A stretch of 64,000 bases of DNA from assembly GCA_977017575.1 (NCBI GenBank), contig CDRNVI010000092.1:37643-101642 (forward strand), in the 5' to 3' direction. The position numbers and the translations under genes were made by a program. Numbering within the stretch: position 1 is the first letter of the stretch; each line of letters begins with the position of its first letter. A model generated the notes under the pieces. The model was not told the origin of the DNA. It saw only the letters and a list, made by a program, of their open reading frames with translations, and did not search any database. Of this stretch, positions 16,975 through 28,700 are shown in pieces. Source of the DNA: Paramoeba atlantica (Eukaryota; Protista; Discosea).

Positions 16975-19900
16975 ATGTCCTGCCGCGAACGTCCATGTAC
17001 ACACTCCTCAGAAAATGAAGCGTCCTTCGCAAGAATGGTGAACACAGACGACGTTACATTGAACGAGGCGGAGAAATCACACCTTCTTGGTAGTTGGAAT
17101 CAATTTGAGGGCAACAGACATCTCATCTCAGCTCCCAGTACCTATGACGAAAGTCTGTACACAACGGAAATCCCGAGGAATATCCCTGCAGAATGGCTAC
17201 GCCTCGCTGAAAAAAAATCAGACGACCGCGAAACACCGGACACGGGACACCACCTAGCCGAGAATGAGGAAATACAACACTGCGCAGTACAACGAAAGGG
17301 TACGACAGCCAACCTTGCAGCTAGTATTTCTACTCTGAAATCAGGGCCAGCAATCAACGCTGCACTGAAGGATGCAATATCACGTCAACAGCGCAATGCG
17401 GATGGGATCAAAGGAGTTTCAAAGACGGATAACCGATCACCTAGGCGACCCTTGGAAACACGAAGGCAACACCAACAGACTATTAAGGACAGCACCCTCG
17501 GCGAACAAACGCCGACACGCTCTCAGCCAGCCCACCAGATCCAATCACCTCCAAAGCATTCCTCCGGCACAAAACCCATGACTAGCGAAACTGGTTGTTC
17601 CGAAGCACAATCGGACGGTAGGCGCGAAGACTTTGGCAACAGATATGCCCCACGAAACGGAAGCGACAAGCCCCCGCCACTTCCGCAGAGCGCTCCCAAA
17701 CACCGCATCTGTCCTGCTGAAGGATGCGCCTGGCGCACGATTGCACATGGAGGGTCTTGGCAAGCATATTATAACCACGTAGCGTACCACCACAGTACCG
17801 GCGTCCCGGCTGCATGGTGGGCAGCGGAAGGCAAGTTCCTTTGTGAAACGTGCGGCAAACACTACACGCTCAACCGTAAAACTACGCACCCGAAGACCTG
17901 CATCGGTCAATCAAGTCAAGCAGCACAAATGTCAGTAGATATTTTTTCGCAGCACTCCATCGTAACAGAAACCGCCGAATTACCTACTTTGGCAAGTGTC
18001 TGCACACTCGCGAAGAGCACATGTAAAGACGTGCCCCACCGATGCCGTCAGCTGTGGGCGGAGATCTTAACTAGCGCTTTGAAGGCAGCAGTACAAGAAA
18101 ACTCAGTAGCGACATGGACACTCCTTGCCATGCTCCCAAAGTGTGTGTTACCGGCCCCTCGACGCGGAGGGCGTAAAGGCTACATGGCGTACTCATCCCA
18201 CGTTCGAAAGTGCATGGAGCGATGGATGGCAAAGGACTACACTCAGTTGTGGAAAGAGGCAGCCGCTAATAGACGACAACGAAACCCTGACCCCATTTCG
18301 GAACAACATGAGGCCCAGAAAGCCGTCATCCGCGCAGAACTTCTAGTCAGACAAGGTGAATTCTCTAGAGGTATGGCTGCCTTAACCGCAGCGCCGATGG
18401 CAGATGAAAACGAAGAAACATATGCGAAGCTGTTGGAGAAGCATCCGGCACGTCAAACTACTACGGAAGCCCTCGCCGACCTTCCACCACACGTCAAACA
18501 TTTGAACCTCGAAGAATCCGATATTAAAGTAGCCATAAACAGTTTTCGTCGAGGATCTTCAGCAGGTACGATGGGTCTCCGCCCGGAACACTTACAATCC
18601 GCGCTTCTTTCCTACGAAGACAAGAATGTTCACCCGCTTCAGGAACTCACAAACCTAGCTAATCATCTTCTTTCTGGCAAAGCACCCATCGAAGTACAAG
18701 CATATTTCGCAGGTGCGCGACTATGTGCGCTCAAGAAGGGGGAAAACGACGTTCGCCCTATCGCAGCGGGGGAGACTATTCGTCGGTTAGTGAGCAAGGC
18801 CGCATGCAGTAGTGTCCGAATGAAAGCGGGGAAATACTTTGAAGCACAACAATATGGAGTGGCCACCCGAGCAGGGGCAGAACGTATCATTCACCTTTGT
18901 AGGCTTGCAATGGACACTGACACAACAAATTCCGATATAGTTTTATGCAAAGTTGATTTGTCCAACGCATTTAACAACGTTAGCCGTGACGCATTCATCA
19001 GTCTCACCAGAGAGCACTTCCCGGAATTGTCCAGATGGGTAGAATGGTGCTACGTCGAAACCAGTAGCTTAACTTACGGGCACCGTTTCGTACCGTCCGC
19101 GGAAGGGGTACAACAGGGCGATCCCCTCGGTCCTCTTCTCTTTTCCTTAGTCATGTTGGAGGTTACCAAACAAATTCAGTCGTACACGGAACTTCTTCTA
19201 AACCTGTGGTACTTAGACGATGGAGTTTTTATAGGGAAAGCAGAAGAAGTAAGAAAAGCCCTCGACATACTTGATCACCTCGGACCAGGTCAGGGACTAC
19301 ACCTCAATAGCAAGAAATGCGAGATCATCACACTACCCTCATCTGCACACCAAACATCTCTTTTCCCAGATATACCAAAAGACAAGCAAAACACAGAAGG
19401 AAATTTCGACATCCTAGGAAGCCCTATCGGATCCCACAAACACTGCGCCGAATACCTCATGACCAATGCGATCGAACCAGCAGAAGATACTTTAGTTGCT
19501 TCCAGTTTAATTGAGGACCCGCAGGTCGCCATGGCACTGATACGACAATGTGCTGGCTTTTGTCAACTGGTCTACGCCCTACGTACAACACCCCCACAAT
19601 GCATACAACGCGTTTGCGAACATCTAGACAATTCACTGTTGAGCACAGCTGAGGAAATACTTTGCCCACTGAACGCCCCTGCCCGCGCTCAGATCCAACG
19701 CCTGAAGAGACACGGAGGTTTCGGTCTGCGTTCATCGGAAATGTACTCGTCTTCAGCTTACGTAGCATCTGTGGTGTTCGCAGCAAGCAAGGACGGATGG
19801 AATCCACTGGACGCGGAAGGTTTTTCACCTGCCGTCAACGACGTGAACGCAAAAGCCGGAGGCACTCTCGTAGATCCCGAAACGGGTCGTTTCCTTTGCC

Positions 19901-20939
19901 CCACCACCCAACAGCGCGACCGATCACATCCCTCTTTTCCCCCAAAGCCACCCATTCACTCTTCCACACAGGTCGATACAGCCCGCGAGCCATCAGACAC
20001 CGGACCTTTTTTAGATGCTGACCCGCCGTTGGGCGCTGACCTTGACATAGATATTGACCCGCCAGAATGGGACGAAAGTATCATCCCACGTCAGAAAGAT
20101 ATCATCCGCGCTATAGGGGAAAGGGAGTTTAATATAGCATACTGTTCCGCTGATACACGAACGCGAACCAGATGGGTATCACAATCAGGGAAAGGGGCTA
20201 GCAGTTGGGCATTCGTCACCCCATCGAAGGACCTGGGCTATGCATTCAAACCCGCGGAGTTTCGAACCTTGTGTCGATGGTGGTTGGGGGTGGATGTATA
20301 CGGAGAAACTCGTCCATGTCCCTCGGATGAATGCAAACTCCCTCTGGGTCCTGAAGGGGATCACGCACTCGTGTGCAAACATGGACAAGGTATAATAAAC
20401 CGGCACAATTCCCTGGTTGAACATTTTTCCTCCTTCTGCGGGCATGCCTCTTTGGCACCCCAACGAGAGCACAGTCTTGGCAATCGAGGTCCCGGAGGGG
20501 GGCTCACCAGGCCAGGCGATGTGTTTCTCCCCACGTATTCCAAGGCTAAAGGCATGGTCCTTGATTTTGCAGTTACCCACGCTCAGCAAACTAAATACAC
20601 GGACAAAGTTCGTAACGCTAGCTGGGTAGCTGCAGGATCATTCGCCGAGCACTACGCCGCGGAAAAAAGGTGCACCAACGGTTGGAGGCTGAGGAAGCAG
20701 GCCATGAATTCACAGCCATGGTGGTAGAGAGCTATGGCTCCTGGAGCGTGAGCGCAACGTCCGTTCTAAAGGGAGTCGGAAAGAGGCGGGCACAGGCCTC
20801 AAATGGGACCCTTACGGAAGAGCAGGCTACAAATAAATTGTATGCCGAATTGAATGTGACCCTCATGCGAGCACAAGCTCGTATGATGGTTACACGCATG
20901 GCTGTGCCCGACCCGAACGAGCCCATCACGGAAGGATAG
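16975..20939 (+). CDS. Near-intact full-length CRE1 ORF with one frameshift near 20665 (A6 run)
   Basis: ATG after a polypyrimidine tract and AG; zinc fingers, QQGDPLGP, WYLDD, CCHC, RPGDV; ORF 20670-20939 supplies the ESYG...C-terminus. Confidence 0.9.
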
Positions 20940-20979
20940 TGTCGGACCCAACGGATCCTATGGTGGTGACATAGGCCAC

Positions 20980-21212
20980 GGGTGCTGGTCGGGTCGACAG
21001 AGTCTATGCTCACGCCTAGCCCGCGAGGGCTAGGTACCCCAAGTGAGGTAGTACACGGGTAGTGAATCTCCTCCCCGTCGGCCAGCATCCTGTTTCGCGA
21101 CCGTGTCGCTGTCGACACAGGCCCGCGCCTGCGCCCTCCCATATAGCAAGGGAAGGGTTCACAAGTCAGGCCGTGGAGTGGTCGAAAGACCCGGTCCGGA
21201 ACGCGCGAATGG
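20980..21212 (+). ncRNA. Structured 3'-UTR RNA, variant B
   Basis: Same motif; tail ends in poly(A) at 21344-21370. Confidence 0.75.
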
Positions 21213-21343
21213 ATTGGGTCTGTATTGCTTGTTTTAGTTTTTACTGTTTCTTGTTTGTAGTATATACTTAGGGGAGATTAAATTGCTAGTTTTGGGCTGA
21301 GAAAAAACAAAAGGTACATCTGTGGAAACAAAAACAAAAAAAC

Positions 21344-21370
<27 letters not shown>

Positions 21371-21374
<4 letters not shown>

Positions 21375-24300
21375 GAGCGTATATCGGAATAGGTATGGGT
21401 TAACGTAGTTGCTGGTGTTTTCGAGGTGGATATTAGCCTCTTTAGTGCGTTTTATGATGTTCGCTGCGGTGGAGTCTTTCTGTATTTCTGTCAATTGTTT
21501 TTCGTGAGCTTGACTCATGATCTTCTTAAGCGATTTGCGGGCCTTTTCTGCGCGGCTCTGAATTTTAGCTTTGCTCTTGTCATTGCCTTGCGAATCTACC
21601 GGAGCTTTATTGGGTTCCAAGTGCTCTTCAATAGATTCTCGGGCTGCTGCGAAGTAGTGCTGCTGTTTCAGAGTGCAAGAAGTCAGTCCTAATCCACCTA
21701 ATTTTTGCGGGAGAGCTGCGAGCTTAAGTGCCTGGGCGTCCGCGCCGCACCATTTCTGCAAGACTTCGTGTACGTGGCTTTCAAAAGAATGTGCCAGACG
21801 CCGAGTGGCCTCCGGGCGGTGAACTCTCAGATGATAGTCTTGACGTGGAATTGTACATCGGCGAAGAATCGCGAGAGAAAGGTTACTGGGGCCCATGAGA
21901 AGTAAACGGCGGAAAAGGCATTTATGCTTACTGAGTTTGCGCAGGAGAAGATCCTCTACCACATTATCTTTCCCGATATAGGCTCCCAGAATCTTGATCG
22001 AATCAGTGCAAAGCTTGACGCCTAGATTATGCAAAGAGAACGGTTCGTATGTGGTATTTTTCTGGAAAAATTCGCATTTCTGAAAGTTGACGCGTAGATT
22101 GAGCTCGCCTGTGATTTCACGTAAGTGCAGGAACGCAGCTTCGAGTGACGGTACGTTTGTAGAGCTGAGAGTCACATCGTCTTGATATGCTCGTATTTTG
22201 ACGTCGGGGTATAAGCTTGCGATCTCGCGAATGGGACCGTGTAAAAGTGCACAGAAGTACATGGAGGATAATGATGAGCCTTGTCGAATTCCTGACGAAC
22301 TTTCGATGGTCGCGAAAAGAGCGTTGTGTGCGAAAAACAAAAGTTCGGATGAGAGGCCGTATTCAAGGTAAAACAGTCGCATAAAAGGTTTGAACACAGG
22401 ATTCTCTAGTAGTGCTTGTGTTATGGCGTCGCGTCGTGGAGTGTTGTATGCGTTCGTGAAATCTACCGTAATCAATGCGCATCCATCCTCGTATTCTTGT
22501 AGTAGCTCATGCACTATTGATTCACATGCGCTCTTGTGGAGAACACCCCGCTGCATAGGCGAAAAGTATTTTCGTAGTGCACATTCATGTCGCTCGAGTA
22601 AAATGGATCCGCAGATTTTTAGGATCGTCTCCCCCATGGCGACTGGCCGTATACCGTTTTGTGGCTTCGGAAGAGCAATAATTCGGCAACGAGTGAGACG
22701 CTTCCGCACGCTTACAGGCACGTCGCCATTGATAACGTCGCGAATCATATGGCATAATGAAAGGCATGCTTCTTCATCTTCAACAAGCAAACGCATCATG
22801 CTCTCACTAAGCCCGCTTGGTCCCGGAGATGCCCCTCGCGCAAGTTTTTCGACTGCAAGGCGGAGTTCTGATTTATCTACAACGCCGATCCGTGGAAAGT
22901 CAGCTTCCGGAATTTCAATACTAGGCCCCTCGGGATGCAAATCGCGAAGTTTCTGTAATTTTTCATGCGCTGTAAGATTGGAGACCTTGTAAACGTTGTC
23001 GAGAATTCGAGTGGCTTTCCCGATGTTTCCAGCTCGAGCGGTCGTTAAAGCATTCTTGATCGAGCGACGGTCGACGCCAAGTTCTTCCCTTTGTTCTATG
23101 CTGAGTGTTTCGTTTTCCGATGGATCCGCTTGTTTGTTTATGTGTCCGACTCGTTGATTTTGCCGAGAAAGTTGACGAATAGTAGCGAGCGAGTCTCTTG
23201 GTGCGTTCAAAAATTTATGCCAGATAGCTGTTTTCTCAGAGTCAAGTTCTACCGATGGATACCCACGAAGTATGGCTCGGAAGATGGCGACTACATGGAT
23301 TGAAAAAGATGAATCAATGGGTACCATCGTGGGCAGCGGCTCGAGATCACTTTGACCATTTTCATCGCTAGACACGTTGTCGGCGTGTTCTTCTAAATTC
23401 CGCGTAATTGTTTCGACTTTGATCAGTTTCGTGGCTCGTATCGAACAGATTCTGATCCTGTTTGTGTGTGGAAGATAAAGAAAGCCACTGGGACCTTTGC
23501 TGCCTTGAGCTGGATTGTAAGAGATTTTGACTTTGACCATTCCTTTTCGTGAGGTCCTACCTACGACGATGCCTTTCGACGTGTAATTTACCGTGTCTTG
23601 TCGGAAGCCCCACTCGATAACACATTCCGTGCCTTTGCCCCACTTTGCTACCATGTTGTGCACATGATCCGGTGCTTTGGAAAGAGCACTTCTGTTTGCC
23701 AGATCTGCTATGACCTCGTTATCGCTGTCAAGAGACATATCTTCGCTCTCGTCTTCGTAATGTTCCTCTTCCGAGTCAATATCCGGTGTTGTCTCTTGTT
23801 GTGGTTCTTGACGTGGCTGTTCGTCGAAAGATGTCAATCGAAAGGTCTTAGGCGTGATTTTGAATTTGTCGCTGTGCGCACTGTTCTGTTCGCCGTGATC
23901 AGCCCAGTCTTTTGGCAGAGGTGTAGATCCGACGATTCGAATTCTTGGGGTTTTAATAGTTCACGTTTTGAAATTTAGCCGAGGGGCGGCTATATATTTG
24001 CCTGCTGGCCCTTCGGGGCACATAATTTTCTCAAATTATGATGTAGTATTCTCTAATTGCATGGAGGGGGGTGTTTACTCGTGGGGGGTGTTTACTCGGG
24101 CAGGTTGGCCGAGGGTTCCGGTGGGGGGGGAACCCCGTTAACAGAGTGACATTGATTGTGTTGTTTTATGCAGGCTTGTTTCTTTTCCATCTTTGTGCGT
24201 GTGAAATGAATGAATGATATGTTGTGTCATTTTGAATTACGATTGAGCTATTCATAGTTGTTCATTTATTCATATATGTTATCAGTGTATATGTTTCCAG

Positions 24301-25036
24301 GGAGCCCCTCGGCGTGGATTTCTAATAGTTCACGTTTTGAAATTTAGCCGAGGGGCGGCTATATATTTGCCTGCTGGCCCTTCGGGGCACATAATTTTCT
24401 CAAATTATGATGTAGTATTCTCTAATTGCATGGAGGGGGGTGTTTACTCGTTTGTTATATTCTTGTTAGGTTGTTATTTTGTTACGTTTAAAGTTTTGTG
24501 CCCACCCACCGAGCCCCCAGCCATTTGGCCGAGGGTTCCGGTGGGGGGGGAACCCCGTTAACAGAGTGACATTGATTGTGTTGTTTTATGCAGGCTTGTT
24601 TCTTTTCCATCTTTGTGCGTGTGAAATGAATGAATGATATGTTGTGTCATTTTGAATTACGATTGAGCTATTCATAGTTGTTCATTTATTCATATATGTT
24701 ATCAGTGTATATGTTTCCAGGGAGCCCCTCGGCGTGGATTTCTCTTTGGTTTGGACAGTTCATGCGTAATTCGGCCATCTCCTGTGGTGAGATCGGGTAA
24801 GTCTGACGCCGTGTGATTTCCGGAGCGTTCCTTCATTCCCTCTTTCCGCGAAACTTGTAGAATCTTGATCATTGAGCCGTCTGAGGAAAACGTTGTTGTG
24901 CTCTTCTTTTCTTTGCCACGCTTTCCTTTTTCACGTGATTTCTCTGTTGTACGACTTGTCTTCAGGTCTGAATTTTTGCTCACGACTGAGCGGGAAGGGC
25001 GTGTCATAACGATTGAGATAATAAGAAAATAAATCA
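21371..25036 (-). pseudogene. CRE3 non-LTR element, 3'-truncated and interrupted at 23955-24743 (ATG at 25007)
   Basis: GIRQGSSLSS, YQDD, LGGLG. Removing 23955-24743 restores SKPKKTPRIRIVGSTPLPKDWADH, homologous to KKTPRVRV...WADH at 43.1 kb. Confidence 0.85.
23955..24743 (+). mobile_element. Tandem dimer (369 + 420 bp) of a non-coding, probably YR-mobilised element
   Basis: Each unit starts AATAGTTCACG and ends GGATTTCT; shares GGCCCT(T/A)CGGGGCACATAAT with the YR1 A repeat; no target duplication. Confidence 0.65.
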
Positions 25037-25620
25037 AGAAATCAACGGACCCTTTCTTCTGCCATAAACTTCGTAAAATAAGGTAAACAAAGAAATCAAT
25101 ATTTCCCATGTATAAATAGAAGATTTATCCCGCTATACCCATTTCCTTTTCTATGTCAGGGCATCCGGCTTATGTCGGATGATGGGACTTAGCGATCCCA
25201 GCTTCCCGAGCTAACTCACCCGGCGTCGCATAACAAGACGCTAAAGAACTAGGGTGAATACGATGAATACAATATGGATGACACTACCCGGTGCCAGTAA
25301 AACGAGGCACTAAATAATTAGGGTGGATGTCATTCTGGCAACGTAGAATGGGTGGCACCGCCCGGTACCGAATATAACAAGGTACTAAGAAACTAGGGTG
25401 GGTGCCATTCGGGCTAATCTTTGGAATGTGTTTGTGTTTTTTTTATCCACCCTCAAAAGATAGAGTGGTTTTTTTTTTTTTGGTCAAGGGGCGCCTTTTT
25501 TTTTTTTGCTCAACTTTTTTTTTATGCAGGTGCAACAGAATACGGTGCCGAATTTTACCGGGCGACGCTTTGCCTATTACAAAATAAAGTCTCCTAAATT
25601 TCTTATCGTAAACTTATATA
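25037..25620 (-). mobile_element. Putative non-autonomous YR2-related element containing three bulged hairpins
   Basis: Starts with TAAGTTTACGATAAGAAATTTAGGAGACTTTATTTTGT, as in the YR2 left end at 34816-34853; shares ATACCCATTTCCTTT with 30444; ends GATTTCT. Confidence 0.45.
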
Positions 25621-25732
25621 CTTTTTTTTTTTTTACTTTCTCAAGTTTACATAAACTTTTAGTACTGATTTTTGTCTATCTCTTCGCAGACTTTATAATT
25701 CCAATTTGTATCTTTTCTGTACTTTTGATTTC

Positions 25733-28700
25733 TTAAAGAATAGTGCTTTTCTGATAGTCTTGAGGCTCCAAAAAATGTCGGAGCTGTGCGTATACTTCGG
25801 ATCCGTTCAGCTCTTGGAGTAGCAACTTGAATGCCTGTTCGGTTTTTTGGGTATCCAACAGGCAGACATCCGTCAGTGACTTAATCAGGCCCCGTGTGCT
25901 CTTATGTAAAGACCCGCAGGACAAGACAGGAAGGCACTCAAAAGCTTCCGCCGGAATCATGCCACTATTGACATATGTTTCATTTTTCCGCTGTATAGCT
26001 TCTCGCACGAGTTGGGAACACTTTTTATTCCGATGGGAAGGCGCGAGCTCGTGCACCACAGTTAGGTCGTAGAACACCACGCCACTGTTCCAGTAGATCG
26101 CAAGATCCGGGCCTGAGCGATGAAACTGCCGTCCTCCGCATGTTTTGTGGTGGAGATGCTGATTGTTGTAGTCGACTGTATTTCCGCATGTTAGACAACT
26201 CCACGTGCTAAAAGAACGCGGCTCTCTTTCGCATGGAATACCAGCTTTCATGCAAAGATCATACAGAAACTTGGTCAACATGTTGTGCTTCGCTGTGGCG
26301 TTGAAACCTGTACATTGCACGCATCCGGGGATGTGAGTTAGTGCAGTGTTTGCATCCATCAATGTTCGGCATCCAGGGCAAGTCATAGCATCAGGAAGTC
26401 TCGGGTGATGTACTCCAAGACGGGGCATGACTGCTAGCTCGAATAAGTGCGGTGGTACATATCTTACATTGGACAGTAGCCAGTCATAACTCCCCTTATT
26501 GGAGGTTGCTTTTAACGTCCCGGCCATTTGTGGATCGCTTACGAGTTTGTTCCATGCTTCCTCATGAAGTTTCGCTGCAGCGGTAATTTCGTCAGTAGGT
26601 GGTTTTTGACGAGCGAGTTCTTGTTCATTTGCTGTCCCAGCGTGTTCAGTGCTATGAAACTGTGACGGCACAACTCGAGCTGAAAAAGATTTTATATGCT
26701 CAAAAGCTGCGTGTCGGGAAGCTTCATAAGCTGCCGCGCGCGTTGGGTGACACGCCGTGAGACCAAGTCCTCCTTTCTTCAGGGGTAACCTTGCTATGTC
26801 AATTTGTCTAGTCTGCAATGGGCCCATCCATGTTTGAAGTACGTTCTCGATTTCGCTATCAAAACGTTTACATGTTTGATCCGTGGCCTTGGGGTTGTGT
26901 GTCCTCATGTAGTACTGTTGACGAACGTTCACACTTTTTGTCAAAAGGATGAGGGATACGTTACTCATGCCCATTAGCTTTAGCCTGCGGAATATTACTT
27001 CTTGTTTGCCGATCTTTTGGAGCAATTTTTGACTGATGGCGTCGTCTTCTCCAATAAAAGCCCCCAGTACTTTAGTGGCCTGGCTCTCGGTTTGTACTCC
27101 TTCGGCTTGAAGAGCTTCTGGAATGGACTTGCCGAGGATGCCACCAAACCAAACACATTTATGCGCCGATAGTGCAAGATTGCTAGATGCGACAAGTGCC
27201 TTCAGCCTTTTAAAAGCGTTCGTGAGCTGATTCGGATCTTCGGATGTCAAATTGATATCGTCGATGTACGCATGTATGTTGATGCCAGGAAATTCTTCTG
27301 CAAGGGTTTCCAATACAGGTTGTAGGTATGTGCAGAAATACAGCGTGGATAGTGGCGATCCCTGTTTTACTCCTGAGGAACTTGATACTGTGTCGACCAA
27401 TTTACCTTCGCTCCCGTAGAAGAGAAGCTGAGATTGCTCGGAATATTCAGCCGCAAAATACCTTTGGAAGGGTCGGAGCGTTGCGATACCGAAAACATGC
27501 TTTGCGACGTCATTCCTGGAGGGGGTGTTGAACGCATTTTTCAAGTCTACGGATAGGATGGAGTGGCCTGTCAAATATTTTTCGTGAAGGGTGTGTACTA
27601 TCCTCTCGCAGCCCGCTTTTGACATTATCCCCTGCTGCATTGGCGCAAAAAGTGGCTCCAGGGTATTTTCATAGCGTTGAAAAAGAATGATTCCCGCTAA
27701 CTTTCCAAAAACGTCTCCCATGGCAACTGGCCGAACGCCTCCATCTGGTTTCGGGATAGCGATCAACCTCGCTCTGTTTAGCCGCCGTAAAACTTGTCGC
27801 GAAAGAAAACCGTTCAGTAGATCGGCCATCATGTGACAAAGGCTCGTGCAGCACACTTCATCGTCCAGCAGAAGTCGTAGCACGTTGTCAGTCGTTCCCG
27901 TTGGGCCTGGGCTGACTCCCTTCGCTAGCCTTCGACCTGCTGCACGCAGCTCCTCTGGAGAGACCCCGGCGATGATTGGCGCGTCATCTGGCAGTTTGAA
28001 GTCACATGTTTGTGCAGGGTGAAGCATTCGCAATTTTTCCAGCGTTTCGGCGTCGGACAGCATGTTGCGGGTGAAGGTCTGACCCATGACCTTGGCCGCT
28101 TTAGTGGAGCACCCCTCAAGCACGAGTCTTGTCGCTTTCTTTACTGCTCGCACGTCATCGGCAGTTGTCTTTGCCTCTTCTGATGAGCCGTCCTGCGGGC
28201 TCGTGTGCCCCTTGTGTGGTTTCCGCCGTCGTTGTCGTCCGCTAGAGCTTCGAATTGTTGCCAGAGAGACTTTCATAGCTGAAAGTGTTTGATTCCAGAT
28301 TTTGTGGCGCCCAGCGTAGTCGCTTTTTTCATAGGCGAACATAATATCCCGGTACACCGCAACTACGCACGGCACAAACTCAGGGGAGAAGCTGCGCGCC
28401 GTTGGCACTGGTAGGTGGTCTACGTCTTCGTCAGGAGCTGTTTGTTGGGTGCTTCCCACCGGCGGTGTGTATTCAAGCACTTCCGGTGTCGTAAAATCTA
28501 TCGGAGGAGGGGCGCAGTGCCACAGAATTTGAAAGACACGAACGTTTTCTTGTGGTGGGATACATCCATCAAAATTCTCTCCTGCCTTATGTCCAACGAC
28601 TCCTGTATATTGAATAGTAAGTTTACCTTTGGATGCCCGTTTGTACGTTTTTACCACTTTTCCTAGCGAAATGTTGAGTGTCGTTTGTCGGTCCCACGTC

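Noticed and set aside
24702-25109. 135-aa ORF as an independent membrane protein
   Set aside because: It is the N-terminus of the interrupted CRE3 ORF extended by AT-rich UTR sequence.
25216-25410. CRISPR-like array, telomerase template or ENE triple helix
   Set aside because: Only three units with non-identical repeats and no cas genes. TAGGG is part of a stem. On the minus strand the U-rich tract is on one side only and the G-U pairs become A-C mismatches.
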